Assembly: GCA_964016885.1 (NCBI GenBank)
Contig: OZ024744.1
Location: 106,454,001-106,518,000 of the forward strand
Source of the DNA: Eledone cirrhosa
Taxonomy: Eukaryota
DNA length: 64,000 bases
Direction: 5' to 3'
Made by a program: the position numbers and the translations under genes. How positions within the stretch are numbered: position 1 is the stretch's first letter; every line of letters starts with the position of its first letter. Shown here one piece after another: positions 51,358 through 63,710 of the stretch. The notes under the pieces are model-generated. The model saw only the letters and a program-made list of their open reading frames with translations. It had not been told where the DNA came from and searched no databases.

Positions 51358-54300
51358 ATGGTTGTAGTATTATCTGTGGTGGTGTGGGCTGTAGTATTAT
51401 CTGTGGTGGTGTGGGCTGTAGTATTATCTGTGGTGGTGTGGGCTGTAGTATTATCTGTGGTGGTGTGGGCTGTAGTATTATCTGTGGTGGTGTGGGTTGT
51501 AGTATTATCTGTGGTGGTGTGGGCTGTAGTATTATCTGTGGTGGTGTGGGCTGTAGTATTATCTGTGGTGGTGTGGGCTGTAGTATTATCTGTGGTGGTG
51601 TGGGCTGTAGTATTATCTGTGGTGGTGTGGGCTGTAGTATTATCTGTGGTGGTGTGGGCTGTAGTATTATCTGTGGTGGTGTGGGCTGTAGTATTATCTG
51701 TGGTGGTGTGGGCTGTAGTATTATCTGTGGTGGTGTGGGCTGTAGTATTATCTGTGGTGGTGTGGGCTGTAGTATTATCTGTGGTGGTGTGGGCTGTAGT
51801 ATTATCTGTGGTGGTGTGGGTTGTAGTATTATCTGTGGTGGTGTGGGCTGTAGTATTATCTGTGGTGGTGTGGGCTGTAGTATTATCTGTGGTGGTGTGG
51901 GCTGTAGTATTATCTGTGGTGGTGTGGGCTGTAGTATTATCTGTGGTGGTGTGGGCTGTAGTATTATCTGTGCTGGTGTGGGCTGTAGTATTATCTGTGG
52001 TGGTGTGGGTTGTAGTATTATCTGTGGTGGTGTGGGCTGTAGTATTATCTGTGGTGGTGTGGGCTGTAGTATTATCTGTGGTGGTGTGGGTTGTAGTATT
52101 ATCTGTGCTGGTGTGGGCTGTAGTATTATCTGTGGTGGTGTGGGCTGTAGTATTATCTGTGGTGGTGTGGGTTGTAGTATTATCTGTGGTGGTGTGGGCT
52201 GTAGTATTATCTGTGGTGGTGTGGGCTGTAGTATTATCTGTGCTGGTGTGGGCTGTAGTATTATCTGTGGTGGTGTGGGTTGTAGTATTATCTGTGGTGG
52301 TGTGGGCTGTAGTATTATCTGTGGTGGTGTGGGCTGTAGTATTATCTGTGGTGGTGTGGGCTGTAGTATTATCTGTGGTGGTGTGGGTTGTAGTATTATC
52401 TGTGGTGGTGTGGGCTGTAGTATTATCTGTGCTGGTGTGGGCTGTAGTATTATCTGTGGTGGTGTGGGTTGTAGTATTATCTGTGGTGGTGTGGGCTGTA
52501 GTATTATCTGTGGTGGTGTGGGCTGTAGTATTATCTGTGGTGGTGTGGGTTGTAGTATTATCTGTGGTGGTGTGGGCTGTAGTATTATCTGTGGTGGTGT
52601 GGGCTGTAGTATTATCTGTGCTGGTGTGGGCTGTAGTATTATCTGTGGTGGTGTGGGTTGTAGTATTATCTGTGGTGGTGTGGGCTGTAGTATTATCTGT
52701 GGTGGTGTGGGCTGTAGTATTATCTGTGGTGGTGTGGGCTGTAGTATTATCTGTGGTGGTGTGGGTTGTAGTATTATCTGTGGTGGTGTGGGCTGTAGTA
52801 TTATCTGTGCTGGTGTGGGCTGTAGTATTATCTGTGGTGGTGTGGGTTGTAGTATTATCTGTGGTGGTGTGGGCTGTAGTATTATCTGTGGTGGTGTGGG
52901 CTGTAGTATTATCTGTGGTGGTGTGGGCTGTAGTATTATCTGTGGTGGTGTGGGCTGTAGTATTATCTGTGGTGGTGTGGGCTGTAGTATTATCTGTGGT
53001 GGTGTGGGCTGTAGTATTATCTGTGGTGGTGTGGGCTGTAGTATTATCTGTGGTGGTGTGGGTTGTAGTATTATCTGTGGTGGTGTGGGCTGTAGTATTA
53101 TCTGTGGTGGTGTGGGCTGTAGTATTATCTGTGGTGGTGTGGGCTGTAGTATTATCTGTGGTGGTGTGGGCTGTAGTATTATCTGTGGTGGTGTGGGCTG
53201 TAGTATTATCTGTGGTGGTGTGGGCTGTAGTATTATCTGTGGTGGTGTGGGTTGTAGTATTATCTGTGGTAGTGTGGGCTGTAGTATTATCTGTGGTGGT
53301 GTGGGTTGTAGTATTATCTGTGGTGGTGTGGGCTGTAGTATTATCTGTGGTGGTGTGGGCTGTAGTATTATCTGTGGTGGTGTGGGCTGTAGTATTATCT
53401 GTGGTGGTGTGGGCTGTAGTATTATCTGTGGTGGTGTGGGTTGTAGTATTATCTGTGGTGGTGTGGGCTGTAGTATTATCTGTGGTGGTGTGGGCTGTAG
53501 TATTATCTGTGGTGGTGTGGGCTGTAGTATTATCTGTGGTGGTGTGGGCTGTAGTATTATCTGTGGTAGTGTGGGCTGTAGTATTATCTGTGGTGGTGTG
53601 GGCTGTAGTATTATCTGTGCTGGTGTGGGCTGTAGTATTATCTGTGGTGGTGTGGGTTGTAGTATTATCTGTGGTGGTGTGGGCTGTAGTATTATCTGTG
53701 GTGGTGTGGGCTGTAGTATTATCTGTGGTGGTGTGGGCTGTAGTATTATCTGTGGTGGTGTGGGCTGTAGTATTATCTGTGGTGGTGTGGGTTGTAGTAT
53801 TATCTGTGGTGGTGTGGGCTGTAGTATTATCTGTGGTGGTGTGGGCTGTAGTATTATCTGTGGTGGTGTGGGCTGTAGTATTATCTGTGGTGGTGTGGGC
53901 TGTAGTATTATCTGTGCTGGTGTGGGCTGTAGTATTATCTGTGGTGGTGTGGGCTGTAGTATTATCTGTGGTGGTGTGGGTTGTAGTATTATCTGTGGTG
54001 GTGTGGGTTGTAGTATTATCTGTGGTAGTGTGGGCTGTAGTATTATCTGTGGTGGTGTGGGCTGTAGTATTATCTGTGGTGGTGTGGGCTGTAGTATTAT
54101 CTGTGGTGGTGTGGGCTGTAGTATTATCTGTGCTGGTGTGGGCTGTAGTATTATCTGTGGTGGTGTGGGCTGTAGTATTATCTGTGGTGGTGTGGGCTGT
54201 AGTATTATCTGTGGTGGTGTGGGCTGTAGTATTATCTGTGGTGGTGTGGGCTGTAGTATTATCTGTGGTGGTGTGGGTTGTAGTATTATCTGTGGTGGTG

Positions 54301-57300
54301 TGGGTTGTAGTATTATCTGTGGTAGTGTGGGCTGTAGTATTATCTGTGGTGGTGTGGGCTGTAGTATTATCTGTGGTGGTGTGGGCTGTAGTATTATCTG
54401 TGGTGGTGTGGGCTGTAGTATTATCTGTGCTGGTGTGGGCTGTAGTATTATCTGTGGTGGTGTGGGCTGTAGTATTATCTGTGGTGGTGTGGGCTGTAGT
54501 ATTATCTGTGGTGGTGTGGGCTGTAGTATTATCTGTGGTGGTGTGGGCTGTAGTATTATCTGTGGTGGTGTGGGCTGTAGTATTATCTGTGCTGGTGTGG
54601 GCTGTAGTATTATCTGTGGTGGTGTGGGCTGTAGTATTATCTGTGCTGGTGTGGGCTGTAGTATTATCTGTGGTGGTGTGGGCTGTAGTATTATCTGTGG
54701 TGGTGTGGGCTGTAGTATTATCTGTGGTGGTGTGGGCTGTAGTATTATCTGTGGTGGTGTGGGCTGTAGTATTATCTGTGGTGGTGTGGGCTGTAGTATT
54801 ATCTGTGGTGGTGTGGGCTGTAGTATTATCTGTGGTGGTGTGGGCTGTAGTATTATCTGTGGTGGTGTGGGCTGTAGTATTATCTGTGGTGGTGTGGGCT
54901 GTAGTATTATCTGTGGTGGTGTGGGCTGTAGTATTATCTGTGGTGGTGTGGGCTGTAGTATTATCTGTGGTAGTGTGGGCTGTAGTATTATCTGTGGTGG
55001 TGTGGGCTGTAGTATTATCTGTGGTGGTGTGGGTTGTAGTATTATCTGTGGTAGGTGTGGGCTGTAGTATTATCTGTGGTGGTGTGGGCTGTAGTATTAT
55101 CTGTGCTGGTGTGGGCTGTAGTATTATCTGTGGTGGTGTGGGCTGTAGTATTATCTGTGGTGGTGTGGGCTGTAGTATTATCTGTGGTGGTGTGGGCTGT
55201 AGTATTATCTGTGGTGGTGTGGGCTGTAGTATTATCTGTGGTGGTGTGGGTTGTAGTATTATCTGTGGTAGTGTGGGCTGTAGTATTATCTGTGGTGGTG
55301 TGGGCTGTAGTATTATCTGTGCTGGTGTGGGCTGTAGTATTATCTGTGGTGGTGTGGGCTGTAGTATTATCTGTGCTGGTGTGGGCTGTAGTATTATCTG
55401 TGCTGGTGTGGGCTGTAGTATTATCTGTGGTGGTGTGGGCTGTAGTATTATCTGTGGTGGTGTGGGCTGTAGTATTATCTGTGGTGGTGTGGGCTGTAGT
55501 ATTATCTGTGGTGGTGTGGGCTGTAGTATTATCTGTGGTGGTGTGGGCTGTAGTATTATCTGTGGTGGTGTGGGCTGTAGTATTATCTGTGGTGGTGTGG
55601 GCTGTAGTATTATCTGTGGTGGTGTGGGCTGTAGTATTATCTGTGGCTGGTGTGGGCTGTAGTATTATCTGTGGTGGTGTGGGCTGTAGTATTATCTGTG
55701 GCTGGTGTGGGCTGTAGTATTATCTGTGGTGGTGTGGGCTGTAGTATTATCTGTGGTGGTGTGGGCTGTAGTATTATCTGTGGTGGTGTGGGCTGTAGTA
55801 TTATCTGTGGTGGTGTGGGCTGTAGTATTATCTGTGGTGGTGTGGGCTGTAGTATTATCTGTGGTGGTGTGGGCTGTAGTATTATCTGTGGTGGTGTGGG
55901 CTGTAGTATTATCTGTGGTGGTGTGGGCTGTAGTATTATCTGTGGTGGTGTGGGCTGTAGTATTATCTGTGGTGGTGTGGGCTGTAGTATTATCTGTGGT
56001 GGTGTGGGCTGTAGTATTATCTGTGGTGGTGTGGGCTGTAGTATTATCTGTGGTGGTGTGGGCTGTAGTATTATCTGTGGTGGTGTGGGCTGTAGTATTA
56101 TCTGTGGTGGTGTGGGTTGTAGTATTATCTGTGGTGGTGTGGGCTGTAGTATTATCTGTGGTGGTGTGGGCTGTAGTATTATCTGTGGTGGTGTGGGTTG
56201 TAGTATTATCTGTGGTGGTGTGGGCTGTAGTATTATCTGTGGTGGTGTGGGCTGTAGTATTATCTGTGGTGGTGTGGGCTGTAGTATTATCTGTGGTGGT
56301 GTGGGCTGTAGTATTATCTGTGGTGGTGTGGGTTGTAGTATTATCTGTGGTGGTGTGGGTTGTAGTATTATCTGTGGTGGTGTGGGCTGTAGTATTATCT
56401 GTGGTGGTGTGGGCTGTAGTATTATCTGTGGTGGTGTGGGTTGTAGTATTATCTGTGGTGGTGTGGGCTGTAGTATTATCTGTGGTGGTGTGGGCTGTAG
56501 TATTATCTGTGCTGGTGTGGGCTGTAGTATTATCTGTGGTGGTGTGGGCTGTAGTATTATCTGTGGTGGTGTGGGTTGTAGTATTATCTGTGGTGGTGTG
56601 GGCTGTAGTATTATCTGTGGTGGTGTGGGCTGTAGTATTATCTGTGCTGGTGTGGGCTGTAGTATTATCTGTGGTGGTGTGGGTTGTAGTATTATCTGTG
56701 GTGGTGTGGGCTGTAGTATTATCTGTGGTGGTGTGGGCTGTAGTATTATCTGTGGTGGTGTGGGCTGTAGTATTATCTGTGGTGGTGTGGGCTGTAGTAT
56801 TATCTGTGGTGGTGTGGGCTGTAGTATTATCTGTGGTGGTGTGGGCTGTAGTATTATCTGTGGTGGTGTGGGCTGTAGTATTATCTGTGGTGGTGTGGGT
56901 TGTAGTATTATCTGTGGTGGTGTGGGCTGTAGTATTATCTGTGGTGGTGTGGGCTGTAGTATTATCTGTGGTGGTGTGGGCTGTAGTATTATCTGTGGTG
57001 GTGTGGGCTGTAGTATTATCTGTGGTGGTGTGGGCTGTAGTATTATCTGTGGTGGTGTGGGCTGTAGTATTATCTGTGGTGGTGTGGGCTGTAGTATTAT
57101 CTGTGGTGGTGTGGGGCTGTAGTATTATCTGTGGTGGTGTGGGCTGTAGTATTATCTGTGGTGGTGTGGGCTGTAGTATTATCTGTGGTGGTGTGGGCTG
57201 TAGTATTATCTGTGGTGGTGTGGGCTGTAGTATTATCTGTGGTGGTGTGGGCTGTAGTATTATCTGTGGTGGTGTGGGTTGTAGTATTATCTGTGGTGGT

Positions 57301-58855
57301 GTGGGCTGTAGTATTATCTGTGGTGGTGTGGGCTGTAGTATTATCTGTGGTGGTGTGGGCTGTAGTATTATCTGTGGTGGTGTGGGCTGTAGTATTATCT
57401 GTGGTGGTGTGGGCTGTAGTATTATCTGTGGTGGTGTGGGCTGTAGTATTATCTGTGGTGGTGTGGGCTGTAGTATTTATCTGTGGTGGTGTGGGCTGTA
57501 GTATTATCTGTGGTGGTGTGGGCTGTAGTATTATCTGTGCTTGGTGTGGGCTGTAGTATTATCTGTGGTGGTGTGGGCTGTAGTATTATCTGTGGTGGTG
57601 TGGGCTGTAGTATTATCTGTGGTGGTGTGGGCTGTAGTATTATCTGTGGTGGTGTGGGCTGTAGTATTATCTGTGGTGGTGTGGGCTGTAGTATTATCTG
57701 TGGTGGTGTGGGTTGTAGTATTATCTGTGGTGGTGTGGGCTGTAGTATTATCTGTGGTGGTGTGGGCTGTAGTATTATCTGTGGTGGTGTGGGCTGTAGT
57801 ATTATCTGTGGTGGTGTGGGCTGTAGTATTATCTGTGGTGGTGTGGGCTGTAGTATTATCTGTGGTGGTGTGGGCTGTAGTATTATCTGTGGTGGTGTGG
57901 GCTGTAGTATTATCTGTGCTGGTGTGGGCTGTAGTATTATCTGTGCTGGTGTGGGCTGTAGTATTATCTGTGGTGGTGTGGGCTGTAGTATTATCTGTGG
58001 TGGTGTGGGCTGTAGTATTATCTGTGGTGGTGTGGGCTGTAGTATTATCTGTGGTGGTGTGGGCTGTAGTATTATCTGTGGTGGTGTGGGCTGTAGTATT
58101 ATCTGTGCTGGTGTGGGCTGTAGTATTATCTGTGCTGGTGTGGGCTGTAGTATTATCTGTGGTGGTGTGGGCTGTAGTATTATCTGTGGTGGTGTGGGCT
58201 GTAGTATTATCTGTGGTGGTGTGGGCTGTAGTATTATCTGTGGTGGTGTGGGCTGTAGTATTATCTGTGGTGGTGTGGGCTGTAGTATTATCTGTGGTGG
58301 TGTGGGCTGTAGTATTATCTGTGGTGGTGTGGGTTGTAGTATTATCTGTGGTGGTGTGGGCTGTAGTATTATCTGTGGTGGTGTGGGCTGTAGTATTATC
58401 TGTGGTGGTGTGGGCTGTAGTATTATCTGTGGTGGTGTGGGCTGTAGTATTATCTGTGGTGGTGTGGGCTGTAGTATTATCTGTGGTGGTGTGGGTTGTA
58501 GTATTATCTGTGGTGGTGTGGGCTGTAGTATTATCTGTGGTGGTGTGGGCTGTAGTATTATCTGTGGTGGTGTGGGCTGTAGTATTATCTGTGGTGGTGT
58601 GGGCTGTAGTATTATCTGTGGTGGTGTGGGCTGTAGTATTATCTGTGGTGGTGTGGGCTGTAGTATTATCTGTGGTGGTGTGGGTTGTAGTATTATCTGT
58701 GGTGGTGTGGGCTGTAGTATTATCTGTGGTGGTGTGGGCTGTAGTATTATCTGTGGTGGTGTGGGCTGTAGTATTATCTATGGTGGTGTGGGCTGTAGTA
58801 TTATCTGTGGTGGTGTGGGCTGTAGTATTATCTGTGGTGGTGTGGGCTGTAGTGT
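51358..58855. repeat. 27-bp minisatellite, ~277 copies (GTAGTATTATCTGTGGTGGTGTGGGCT)
   Basis: Direct periodicity. Confidence 0.98.
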
Positions 58856-58884
58856 TGTTATTGTGCCTGGTAAAAATCGAAACT

Positions 58885-59200
58885 GCATCTTTTTCTGTTA
58901 CTTTCATGACCTGGTCCATCAGCTTTATACCTCTATAGTTTCCTCTATCTAGTGCATCACCTTTACCCTTGTAGCAGTTGACAATGATGTTGCTGCACCA
59001 ATCCTTTGGTATGACATCCTCTAGTATTACCTGGTTAACAATACGTTTGGTTATGGTGTGTCCTACCAACTCTGATGCTTTCAGCATCTCAGCAACTATT
59101 CCTGATGGACCAGCTGCTTTCTCGGTCTTCATATCCTTGATTGCCTTACTATACTGCTGCTGACTGTACGCCTGGGCCCTCTATGGGGTCCACTTGGGGT
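58885..59200 (-). mobile_element. RTE-clade LINE internal fragment (RT N-terminal region)
   Basis: KAAGPSGIVAEMLK...IPKDW...YKGKGDALDRGNYRGIKL, typical non-LTR RT domain 0-1 motifs. Confidence 0.88.
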
Positions 59201-59391
59201 AGGACTTAATTGTCTTCTCTACCTTATTGATCCACCACCAAGTCACTCTCCTTCTCTCTGTAGTCTTACTCCATTTACAGATCTATATATGTTATACTGT
59301 GGTAGGGTCATGTTGCCAATAAAAACACATGCACCAGTTGAGTTTCACTTCAATTTATTATTATAATGTTTGTTTTGTTTTTTTTTTGTAG

Positions 59392-59447
59392 AGTGATGGT
59401 CAAAAACTTAAGGAAATGAATCAGGAAGAAGCTGCTCAAAAACACAG
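59392..59447 (+). CDS. GLE1: Coding exon 8; SDGQKLKEMNQEEAAQKH (duplicate of exon 5)
   Basis: Acceptor (t)n-gtag and donor CAG|gtaaaa. Phase 0 to 2; 6 bp shorter than exon 5, frame preserved. Confidence 0.72.
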
Positions 59448-59462
59448 GTAAAATATTCTTGA

Positions 59463-60289
59463 GTAACCCTTTTTATACCAAACTACCTGAAACTACTGCT
59501 GGTTCTATTGATTAACACTTTGAAATGTCTGAAATAGAATCTGGTTAATAAGATTTTATTCATTTTTCTCAATATTACTTTCATCTTCACCCAGGTGAAA
59601 GTATTTCAAATTACATCTAAACTAGTACAACTGTGTAGTTAAGTATTTCTAATTACATCTAAACTAGTGCAACATAACTGCGTAGTTAAGTATTTTTTAA
59701 TTACATCTAAACTAGTACAACTGTGTAGTTAAGTATTTCTAATTACATCTTAACTAATACAAGATAGGTGTGTAGTTAAATATTTCTAATTACATCTAAA
59801 CTAGTACAACATAACTGTGGGGTTAATATTTCTAATTACATCTAAACTAGTACAACTGTGTAGTTAAGTATTTCTAATTACATCTAAACTAGTACAACAT
59901 AACTGTGGGGGTTAATATTTCTAATATTTAAAATTTTTTATCAGAGATTTTCTATTGAAAACAGTTGAATTCAACATTTGTTACAATTTGGCAGAAAATA
60001 TTAAAAAGCTGTTGTTAATTTAAATGTTTATAGCAACTTTAATAGTGGACAGATTGTAGTGAAAAATTACAGTATTAGAGTATACTCTATATTTACTATT
60101 GTATTTTCATGATAAAAGCTTTACCTTACATAATTATCTCACATAATACCGAATTTAGGAGATTTTGATATTATTCATTTTGATAACAATACCTTAACAT
60201 AAATATGAGCAGCTGTTATGGCTGGTTTGAACCAGAGGAGGTGAGAAAATTCTAGCCGGATACAGCCGGTTTAAATTCTAAAGGATTAA
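59463..60289. mobile_element. piggyBac-like MITE with an internal ~45-50-bp tandem repeat (59600-59925)
   Basis: Ends TAACCCTTT... and ...AAAGGATTAA. A truncated sister copy starts TTAACCCTTT at 45779. Confidence 0.55.
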
Positions 60290-61006
60290 TGTATATGATA
60301 CAGTCATCATGTTGTTTAGTACTTTTTAAAGAATGTCTTGATGTGGTTTCATGGATATTCAGAGTTAATTGTATTATTGACACTTTGCAGTATCTTGCTA
60401 TAGGTCAGCTTTGGTGAGGCAAAGATGTTCCAGCTGTAACCAATCCTTTTATTTCAGATATAATGTATCTAACAATGCATTACCTAAAGTATAGTATAGT
60501 AGTTAGTATTAGTGTCTATAGTATTGATGTTTAGCCCCTGGTCAGTCATGATCCAGTAGACCTATGATCAAAGATGTTCCATTTGTGACCATTCCTTCTT
60601 TTCTTTCAGGTATCTAAGACTGCATTATCTAAAGTATAGTATTAGTGGCTATAGATGTTGATGTTAAACCTCAGTTCAATCCTAATCTAAACATGTTTAT
60701 GATCAAACATGTTCCAGTTGTGACCATCCCATCTTATATTCAGACAATCAATAAAGTCTAGGACATGGTGTCTTCCTCGTGGACATAATTCAGTGCTATC
60801 AATGATACAAACCATTGCCTTGAAACTGTGTGTTTTATATTGCCAGCACTAAGTTTTTCACAACTATATAAATTATTTACTATGGAACATGTTTATATTT
60901 CTTTGATAATATTCCTGCTAATGATCACTTACTTTTGCCTGCATTTATTTATTTTTTTTTTTTTTTTTTTTTTATTTATTTATTTTTTTTTTTTATATAT
61001 ATATAT

Positions 61007-61041
<35 letters not shown>

Positions 61042-61056
61042 TGTTTGTTTTGGTAG

Positions 61057-61304
61057 AGTACAAAAATTGGAACAGTTGATGGCAGGGCTACAGAAATCAG
61101 AATCCCAAAGTGAACTATTTAAATTGTTAAAGGAATGTCAAAATGAGGAGTATCTTAATGTCCAAAGTGGTATTGATAAAAACGAAAGTGCTATGGCAAG
61201 TCTTAACACAATGGCTAATGATTTCTTAGCTCTTGCTGAGAGCACTGGTAACATTACGCCAGAGCAACTTAAAGAATTCTTGAAAATTTACCAAACAAAT
61301 CTTG
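61057..61304 (+). CDS. GLE1: Coding exon 9; (R)VQKLEQLMAGLQKSESQSELF...ESAMASLNTMANDFLALAESTGNITPEQL...QTNL (duplicate of exon 6)
   Basis: Acceptor gtttgttttggtag and donor TTG|gtatgt. Phase 2 to 1, within ORF 60935-61342. The gene continues beyond the window. Confidence 0.75.
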
Positions 61305-61344
61305 GTATGTATTATTTTTTAAATTTCTTCATATACATATAACT

Positions 61345-61686
61345 TAGGAGTTCCAAACCTAGTTTTTGCTTCATTGGCCACTTCCACAGGGAAATATTTT
61401 CCACTACCCACCTGTATAGTAAATATTCAAAAGTGTACCAAAAATGTTTGGTAAAAGTTTGTTACTGGTTTATTATTCCCATTTAGCCTCTTGTTTTGTG
61501 TTTTTTTATACAGGTTCTTTACATATCTCCTTTGAATTTATTTTTTGGTGGGTAACATATGTTGAAATACCTTCTTAATACACAAAATCCTATATCGTCC
61601 ACCAAAATTTCCAATTGCTCACCATTTTCTGTTCAGCTCCTTGTCGCCCACCCAATAGTTGAAATCACCCAAGTTGGGAAATGCTG
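61345..61686. mobile_element. Degenerate hAT-like MITE
   Basis: TIRs TAGGAGTTCCAAAC / GTTGGGAAATGCTG and 8-bp TSD ATATAACT/ATATGACT. The empty paralogous site ATATAACTGAATGTA lies at 46769. Confidence 0.8.
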
Positions 61687-61867
61687 ATATGACTGAATGT
61701 AAGACGAGAGTGTGCTTCCTTTACTTTCAGCACACATATACACACTACAGCAGTAACTCTGGATTACAATCTGAATGAAACATCTTGTAACAGCATTGTG
61801 TGCTTCAAACGGCACCCCGCCTGTAACTGTTGTTACAACACACCTAACTAAAATTATATATGTTTAT

Positions 61868-62950
61868 CATCATCATTTTACGTCTGCTTTTCCCTGCTTG
61901 CAAGGGTTGGACGGGTCCTATTCAGCACAGCATCTGTCCACTTGTCACGGTCCTTTGTCATCTCCTCGGTGAGTTTCAGCGATCTGAGGTCTGCTCTCAC
62001 CACCTCCACCCATGTTTTATGTGATCTACCTCTACCACGTCTTCCCTCTACTGGGATTTCTTGGCACTTATTTACCCAGCTGTCATCCTCCATGAGCATC
62101 ACATGTCCATACCATCTCAGCCATCTCTCCTGCACACCATAACTTATCCCTCTTATACCCAGTTTCTTTCTCAACTCGTCTATGCTTGGTCATTCACGCA
62201 CATTGACATTGCACATCCAACGGGGCATACTTGCTTCATTTCTCTCTAGCTATCGCATATCCTCTGCAGTTGCTACCCATGTCTCACTACCATGCAGCAT
62301 CGTGCTCCTCACACAGGCACAATATAACCGTCCTTTCGTACGCAGGGAGAAACCCTTCTTTGTCAACAAAGGAAGCAGTTCCCTAAACTTCTTCCAACCC
62401 GTCCTTATTCTAGATACTATGGCCTCGGAACACGCCCCTCCCATGCTGATCTGATCACCTAGGTACCGGAAGCTATCAACCACTTCTATAGAACCCACCT
62501 GCATTAGAAAAATGTGTCTATCAGTGCGACTTCTACTGTCTAATTTCCCTGTACATCTACTGCATACATAGTTCTCCCTACCTGTTAGTTTGCCTGCTAT
62601 CCCGCTACATCTCTTGTGTACCCAAGATCTGTATTGTGTACGTTTTATGGAATTTATGCCAGTTCCTTTTCTGCATATCGAACATGGCCATTTCCCTGAC
62701 GGAATCAGAGTTTTGTCCTCTTTTCTACTCATCAACACTTTTGTCTTAGCTAGGTTCACTCTCAGTCCTCTTGCTTCCAACTGCTGTTTCCATAGCCGGA
62801 ATTTATTCTCTATCTCCTCTACTGATTCTGCTATAAGAACCAGATCGTCAGCATAGAGAAGTTCCCATGGGCAGCCAGTCTTAAACTCCTCTGTTATGGC
62901 TTGGAGGACTATAATGAACAAGAGCGGGCTGAGGACTGAACCCCCACCTA
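61868..62950 (-). mobile_element. 5'-truncated RTE-clade LINE (RT C-terminal half through 3' end), pseudogenised
   Basis: GSVLSPLLF and LLYADDLVL RT motifs, FRYLG, and LRWYGHV...GRGR..KTW. There is an in-frame stop at 62250 and an (ATG)n tail. Confidence 0.92.
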
Positions 62951-63180
62951 TCACACACATTCCAAAACATTCCTCATAGCTAAACGTGAAACGTTACACA
63001 CATTTCTATGCTTTATATGTTCATTCTGTCATTACAACAGCAGAGGTGCGACAAGCTTTTGATTCCAGAGTCGGGCCAGATCGATTCAGATCGAACCATG
63101 AGCTGATCAATAGCGAAACGTGCATGACCAATCAATAAACGTAACAATGGCTTAACAAATCGTCCTTGTATTTTTATATA

Positions 63181-63235
<55 letters not shown>

Positions 63236-63285
63236 AATGGTCAGCTTTGAAGCTTAAGGCAGAAAGAATTCCTATAATATAAGTA

Positions 63286-63329
<44 letters not shown>

Positions 63330-63332
<3 letters not shown>

Positions 63333-63710
63333 CATCATCATCATCACCGTTTTACGTCCGTTCTTCCACGCTTGCATGGGTTAGACGAGTTGTCCCGTTG
63401 TGGGCAGTGTCCGGTCAGCTGACCTTGTCTTGCTCATACTGGAACTGATTCTGGCATAATTTCTACAGCTGGATGCCCTTCCTAACACCAACCTCATTTA
63501 CAGTGAGTGCTGGGTGCTTTTTTTTTTCTGTGGCGCCTACACGTCCACTTTACAGTGTGGGCTGGGTGCTTTTTTTGCCGTGGCACCTCCACGACCACTT
63601 CGCAGTGGGAGGGTGTGGGGGCATATTGTCTATATGCTTCAGCTTCGGCTTGTACCTGTGGGAAGTCGGGTCTTCTGTATTACTGCGTGATGCCGGAGGT
63701 CAAGGTCATA
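63330..63710 (-). mobile_element. SINE-like element, family C
   Basis: Paralog of 42583-42985 with a (CAT)n tail, flanked by (TA)n. Confidence 0.75.

Noticed and set aside
51358-58952. Long ORFs (VVVWAVVLS)n and (GCSIICGGV)n
   Set aside because: These are 27-bp repeat read-through in several frames. Scattered 1-bp insertions at ~55050-57545 switch frames and may be consensus errors.
57531-59132. Apparent RT-mucin (TTDNTTAHT)n fusion protein
   Set aside because: A short dead LINE fragment abuts the minisatellite, and the in-frame join is coincidental.
63041-63175. Possible hAT-like left end (CAGAGGTGCGAC...GGGCCAGAT)
   Set aside because: No right TIR or TSD was found.
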